From assembly GCA_963662795.1 (NCBI GenBank), contig OY759746.1:2400001-2464000 (forward strand): DNA of 64,000 nucleotides, in the 5' to 3' direction. The position numbers and the translations under genes were made by a program. Source of the DNA: Spirochaetia bacterium (lineage in GTDB: Bacteria > Spirochaetota > Spirochaetia > CADAEX01). This document shows positions 60,146 through 64,000 of this stretch, one piece after another (the first letter of the stretch is position 1; the number at the start of each line of letters is the position of its first letter). The notes below the pieces were generated by a model. The model saw nothing but the letters and a program-made list of their open reading frames with translations. It was not told the DNA's origin and did no database searches.

Positions 60146-60538
60146 TTACATATCTAAAAGTGTTTCTATTGGTAATCTTGTTTGAGACATAGTTTCATCT
60201 TTTCGATCACTTAATATCCTTAATATTTGGATGATATCCTGATTTTCAACAGCAATAATGAATTTTCCATTTTTCATACTGCCTTTGATATCACAATCAC
60301 TTAATTTAATATAAGGAGTAACAAGATCAGGCAAATTTACCGCCACACTACCATGCGGAGCTTCATCTGAATTGTTATACCATTTACGACAATGAGATCT
60401 ATAAGTATTTAAAAAGTTTGAAACTTCCTCATGAGATATTTCTTTTTTCCATAAATATTCGTAAAACTGATCCCGTACACCGCCATTAACATTATTTTGG
60501 GAACTAAGATTTATAAAAACAACTAACTTATAAAATAT
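60146..60538 (-). pseudogene. AT-rich 5'-truncated gene remnant of unknown family
   Basis: Stop-free frame of 130 codons extends well upstream of the GTG at 60346 with no ATG or SD. Confidence 0.4.
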
Positions 60539-60834
60539 TTATGTTTAGATATAATCTTTTCTGGAATACGAAAAGTAACAAAAATAATAAGTCAAAATAC
60601 TTATAATATGGGATTAATTTTAAAATAGTTGACATTAGTATTTTCTTTATGTTGTTTTTCCTGAATTAGTTTTCAGGTGATTGATAAAAAGAATTTAAGG
60701 AATATAATTGTATTTCAGTAAAAAACAGATAGAGAAATAACCTTTTTGAAGGTATCATAGTTCTGTAAATCATGACTAAGGATCAACTCTTGATATTATG
60801 AATCATTTGAAAACGCACAGACAGGGGTAAATGA

Positions 60835-61254
60835 ATGATAGTTGCAGTGATAGACGGAATGGGCGGCGGAATTGGGGCTGAAATAATCAACCAAATTAAG
60901 AAAGATATCAAGGATAATGTTACTGTTATAGCGCTTGGTACAAATGCATCTGCGACAGAAAGGATGATGCAGGCAAAGGCAACCCGGGGTGCGTCAGGTG
61001 AGAATGCAATTCGTATATCAGTACGGGAAGCTGATTTCATTATCGGACCTATCGGGATTGCTTTTCCCAATGCGATGATGGGGGAAATTACACCCGCAAT
61101 TGCTGAAATAATATCTCTTTCCACTGCAAAAAAAATTCTTATCCCTATTAACCAGCCTCATTATATAATACCAGGGATTGAAGAGCGTTCGCTCAATGAT
61201 TCAATTAATCTTGCAATTAAATATATCAAAAAGATATTGACAGAAAACAAGTGA
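60835..61254 (+). CDS. DUF3842 family protein
   Basis: VIDGMGGGIG, ALGTNASAT, GASGENA, GEITP. Confidence 0.9.
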   Translation: MIVAVIDGMGGGIGAEIINQIKKDIKDNVTVIALGTNASATERMMQAKATRGASGENAIRISVREADFIIGPIGIAFPNAMMGEITPAIAEIISLSTAKKILIPINQPHYIIPGIEERSLNDSINLAIKYIKKILTENK

Positions 61255-61401
61255 GCATAATAATATAAATTACCGGTATGAAACCGGTTTTTGCGGTAAA
61301 AGAATACCGTATTTCTGCTATTTACAAACTTATCAAAGATCCGGCAGTAACGGATACTGCACAACAGAAACGAACTTCTGAAATAATTACAGGAGAAAAA
61401 A

Positions 61402-62346
61402 ATGCATATTCCAACTCACATGATCCAGGGAACCATTCCCCAGATTTCAGCTGCAGGTTCTGCGGCAGGTATTGCGGCAGCCGCATGGTTTGCTGTAAAA
61501 ACAAATGAAAAACCTGCTTCCTTAAGGTTTGCTGCAGTTACAGCACTTATTTTTGCTGCACAGATGATGAACTTCCCTGTCCAGAGCGGTACATCTGGGC
61601 ACCTTATAGGAGCAACACTTGCTGTCATGCTTCTGGGCATCCCGCATGCAGTTCTATCCATGAGCATAGTACTTGTAGTACAGTGTCTTGCCTTCGCAGA
61701 TGGCGGTCTTGATGTTCTTGGTGTCAATGTTCTTAACATGGCTGTTATAGCTGTTATTCCAGGGGCTATTGCCAAATTGTATCTGCTTAAAGGGAAAGGA
61801 AAATCGGTTTCAATGAAATTCACAGTAATTGCTCTTTCATCCTGGTTTTCTGTTATTATTGCAGCTTTTGCATGCTCCCTTGAGCTTGCGTCTGCCGGTA
61901 CTATTTCTGCTTCTGCTGTAATCCCTGCAATGGCTGGTGTTCATGCAATCATCGGAATTGGTGAAGCACTTATAACGGCTGCTGCAGTATTTGCATTTGG
62001 AAGTATTTCAGATAGTGCAGAAGAAAAAACAAAAAATGATCTTTCAAAAAAGAATACATATAAAATACCTCTTGCAGCTGCAGCTGTTATTGCTCTGGTT
62101 TTAAGTCCTTTTGCCAGCAGCTACCCCGACGGGCTTGAATGGGTAGCACAAAAGTATGGTTTTCTGCATGAATCTATGCCACTTTTTGTAAGTCCTTTGC
62201 CGGATTATTCTATTCCTTTTATCAGTAATGAAATGCTTTCCACTTCTCTTGCCGGAATAACAGGGACTTTACTTGTATTTGTTGCTGCATACATTATGGG
62301 TGGAGTTCTGAATCAAAAACCCGCAAAATCCGGAGTTGCTGGGTGA
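61402..62346 (+). CDS. ECF-type Ni/Co substrate component, NikM/CbiM fused to PDGLE (N) domain
   Basis: MHIP N-terminus, FAAQMMNFP, GTSGH, ADGG, HAIIGIGE, ASSYPDGLE. Confidence 0.92.
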   Translation: MHIPTHMIQGTIPQISAAGSAAGIAAAAWFAVKTNEKPASLRFAAVTALIFAAQMMNFPVQSGTSGHLIGATLAVMLLGIPHAVLSMSIVLVVQCLAFADGGLDVLGVNVLNMAVIAVIPGAIAKLYLLKGKGKSVSMKFTVIALSSWFSVIIAAFACSLELASAGTISASAVIPAMAGVHAIIGIGEALITAAAVFAFGSISDSAEEKTKNDLSKKNTYKIPLAAAAVIALVLSPFASSYPDGLEWVAQKYGFLHESMPLFVSPLPDYSIPFISNEMLSTSLAGITGTLLVFVAAYIMGGVLNQKPAKSGVAG

Positions 62347-63626
62347 AGATTCTCATTTATAATCCTTTCGCCGGAATCAGCGGAGATATGAATATCGGCG
62401 CAATGGTATCACTCGGCGTTCCTGAATCATATTTTGACGAAACTATAAAACATCTTCACCTCCATGGTGTAGAAATTGAATTTGCAAAAGATCAACGAAA
62501 AGGTATCAGCGGAGTCAAAGTTTTGATAAGAGATAAAGAGTTGTTGACTGCTGATAACGGTTCAGGATTTCAGCACGAGCATGAGCACAAACATAAACAC
62601 GAACACGAACATGGCAGCAAAAAACAGAAATCACAAAATATTAATCCGCACCCGCATAGAAATCTTGAAGATATAAAAAAAATTATACAGGAGAGCAGTC
62701 TTTCTGATCCGATTAAAGAAAGAAGTCTTGCAATTTTTACTAATCTTGCAGAAGCGGAAGCCAGGGTCCATGGTACAAGTATAAGTGAAGTACATTTTCA
62801 TGAGGCAGGTGCCGTTGATTCAATTGCTGATATTGTGTGTGCCGCTTCCGCAATTGAATTTCTTAAACCTGACAAAATAATATCACTTCCGGTTGAACTT
62901 GGAAGCGGGTTTGTTAATTGTGCCCATGGTATTCTACCTGTCCCGGCACCTGCCGTTGCAGCACTTCTTGAAAACATTCCCGTAACATACGGCAGGATAA
63001 ATCACGAAGCAACTACTCCGACAGGAGCCGCAATACTTAAAACCGTGGTTGATGAATTTCAAACTGAATATTCATACAGGATTATTAAGACAGGATACGG
63101 ACTTGGCAGCAGGGATGTTGAAATCCCTAATATCCTGCGTATTATGTTTGCTGAACCCTTTGATTCAAACAATTCGGCTGATGATAACTTTTCCAACAGG
63201 CCGGATGATGATGCAGTTATGATGAACTGTAATATTGATGATATGAATCCTGAGTTTTACAGCAATGTAATGAATAAACTTTTTAATGCAGGTGCAAAGG
63301 AAGTTTATTTGACACCGGTTTATATGAAAAAAAACAGACCTGGCACACTTCTTTCAGTTATGACGACCCTTAAACTTGAAGAAATTATGACAGATATTAT
63401 TTTTCTTGAAACAACCACAGCCGGGATAAGGTCATATAATGTAAAACAGAAAATGCTTGAAAGGAAGGAGGGAGTATTTGAATCAAAATATGGAAAATTA
63501 CGGGTTAAAAAACTTTTCTATAAAGGTAACTGTATTTCCAAAAAACCTGAATACGATGACATGGTCCGACTTGCAGACGAAAATAAGATATCTATAAAAG
63601 AACTTTATAAAGAAGTAAAATTATGA
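62343..63626 (+). CDS. larC: Nickel pincer cofactor nickel insertase LarC
   Basis: GISGDM, His-rich HEHEHKHKHEHEH, VHFHE, CAHG.LPVPAP, NIDDM, MKKNRPG, ETTTAGIR, PEYDD. Confidence 0.95.
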   Translation: MKILIYNPFAGISGDMNIGAMVSLGVPESYFDETIKHLHLHGVEIEFAKDQRKGISGVKVLIRDKELLTADNGSGFQHEHEHKHKHEHEHGSKKQKSQNINPHPHRNLEDIKKIIQESSLSDPIKERSLAIFTNLAEAEARVHGTSISEVHFHEAGAVDSIADIVCAASAIEFLKPDKIISLPVELGSGFVNCAHGILPVPAPAVAALLENIPVTYGRINHEATTPTGAAILKTVVDEFQTEYSYRIIKTGYGLGSRDVEIPNILRIMFAEPFDSNNSADDNFSNRPDDDAVMMNCNIDDMNPEFYSNVMNKLFNAGAKEVYLTPVYMKKNRPGTLLSVMTTLKLEEIMTDIIFLETTTAGIRSYNVKQKMLERKEGVFESKYGKLRVKKLFYKGNCISKKPEYDDMVRLADENKISIKELYKEVKL

Positions 63627-64000
63627 AATTAAAAGAAAAATATCATAATTTGAAAAAATATCTTTCTGCAGTTGGTGATATGGCAGTTGCTTTTTCCGGG
63701 GGAACAGACAGCGTTTTTCTGCTTGCAGCTGCATTAAAATATTCATCAGGACGAGTTATTGCAGTAACTGTCAGCACTCCCTATATCCAGAATTCTATAA
63801 TGAATGATGCACGAAAAGCTGCAGATCAGCTCTTTAAGAACATAAAAAAAACACAGCATATTGTAGAGAATATTCCGGTTATCCCAAAATCTGTTTTGAA
63901 TAATCCACTGAACAGGTGTTATGAATGCAAGAAAGTGATGATGAAAAAAATTATTTTTGCGGCTGGTAAAAATAATTTTTTCAATATTGTTGATGGTTCA
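63623..64000 (+). CDS. larE: LarE-like sulfur transferase, 5' part (runs off window)
   Basis: ATGA overlap with larC; MKLKEKY...VAFSGGTDS PP-loop; NPLNRCYECKK. Confidence 0.9.
   Translation, partial: MKLKEKYHNLKKYLSAVGDMAVAFSGGTDSVFLLAAALKYSSGRVIAVTVSTPYIQNSIMNDARKAADQLFKNIKKTQHIVENIPVIPKSVLNNPLNRCYECKKVMMKKIIFAAGKNNFFNIVDGS

Noticed and set aside
60752-60778. NikR-like operator GTATCA-N15-TGACTA upstream of DUF3842
   Set aside because: Second half-site matches only 3 of 6 and no nikR is visible
575-61823. Many short antisense or nested ORFs in the track (e.g. 4812-5333, 20903-21544, 34628-35209, 52379-52993)
   Set aside because: Shadows of well-supported genes on the opposite strand, with Ser/Phe/Leu-biased composition and no motifs

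Overview
Chromosomal segment of a free-living or anaerobic-type spirochaete (inferred from the SpiroCoCo coiled-coil gene and the rplQ-rny-TIGR00282-tlyA-GerMN-der gene order). From left to right: the end of the spc/alpha ribosomal operon (rpsE to rplQ, including an rpmJ missing from the ORF track), a large acidic repeat protein, the rny-tlyA-ptsI-der-SpiroCoCo cluster, grpE-dnaK-dnaJ, a frameshifted FGE/CLec lipoprotein, a nucleotidyltransferase-TPM-LemA operon, a complete shikimate/Phe/Tyr operon, housekeeping and signalling genes, a decaying accessory patch (47.8-55.9 kb) with several broken genes, an FMN-riboswitch-controlled rib operon and the start of a nickel-uptake/nickel-pincer (lar) cluster. 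The strongest unannotated signal is a ribosome-dependent attenuator in front of the aro operon: a 20-aa leader peptide containing FYYFY, an antiterminator and an overlapping perfect terminator, apparently sensing both Phe and Tyr. No tRNA, rRNA, CRISPR array, transposase or reverse transcriptase was seen. Family assignments come from motif recognition by eye, not database searches.
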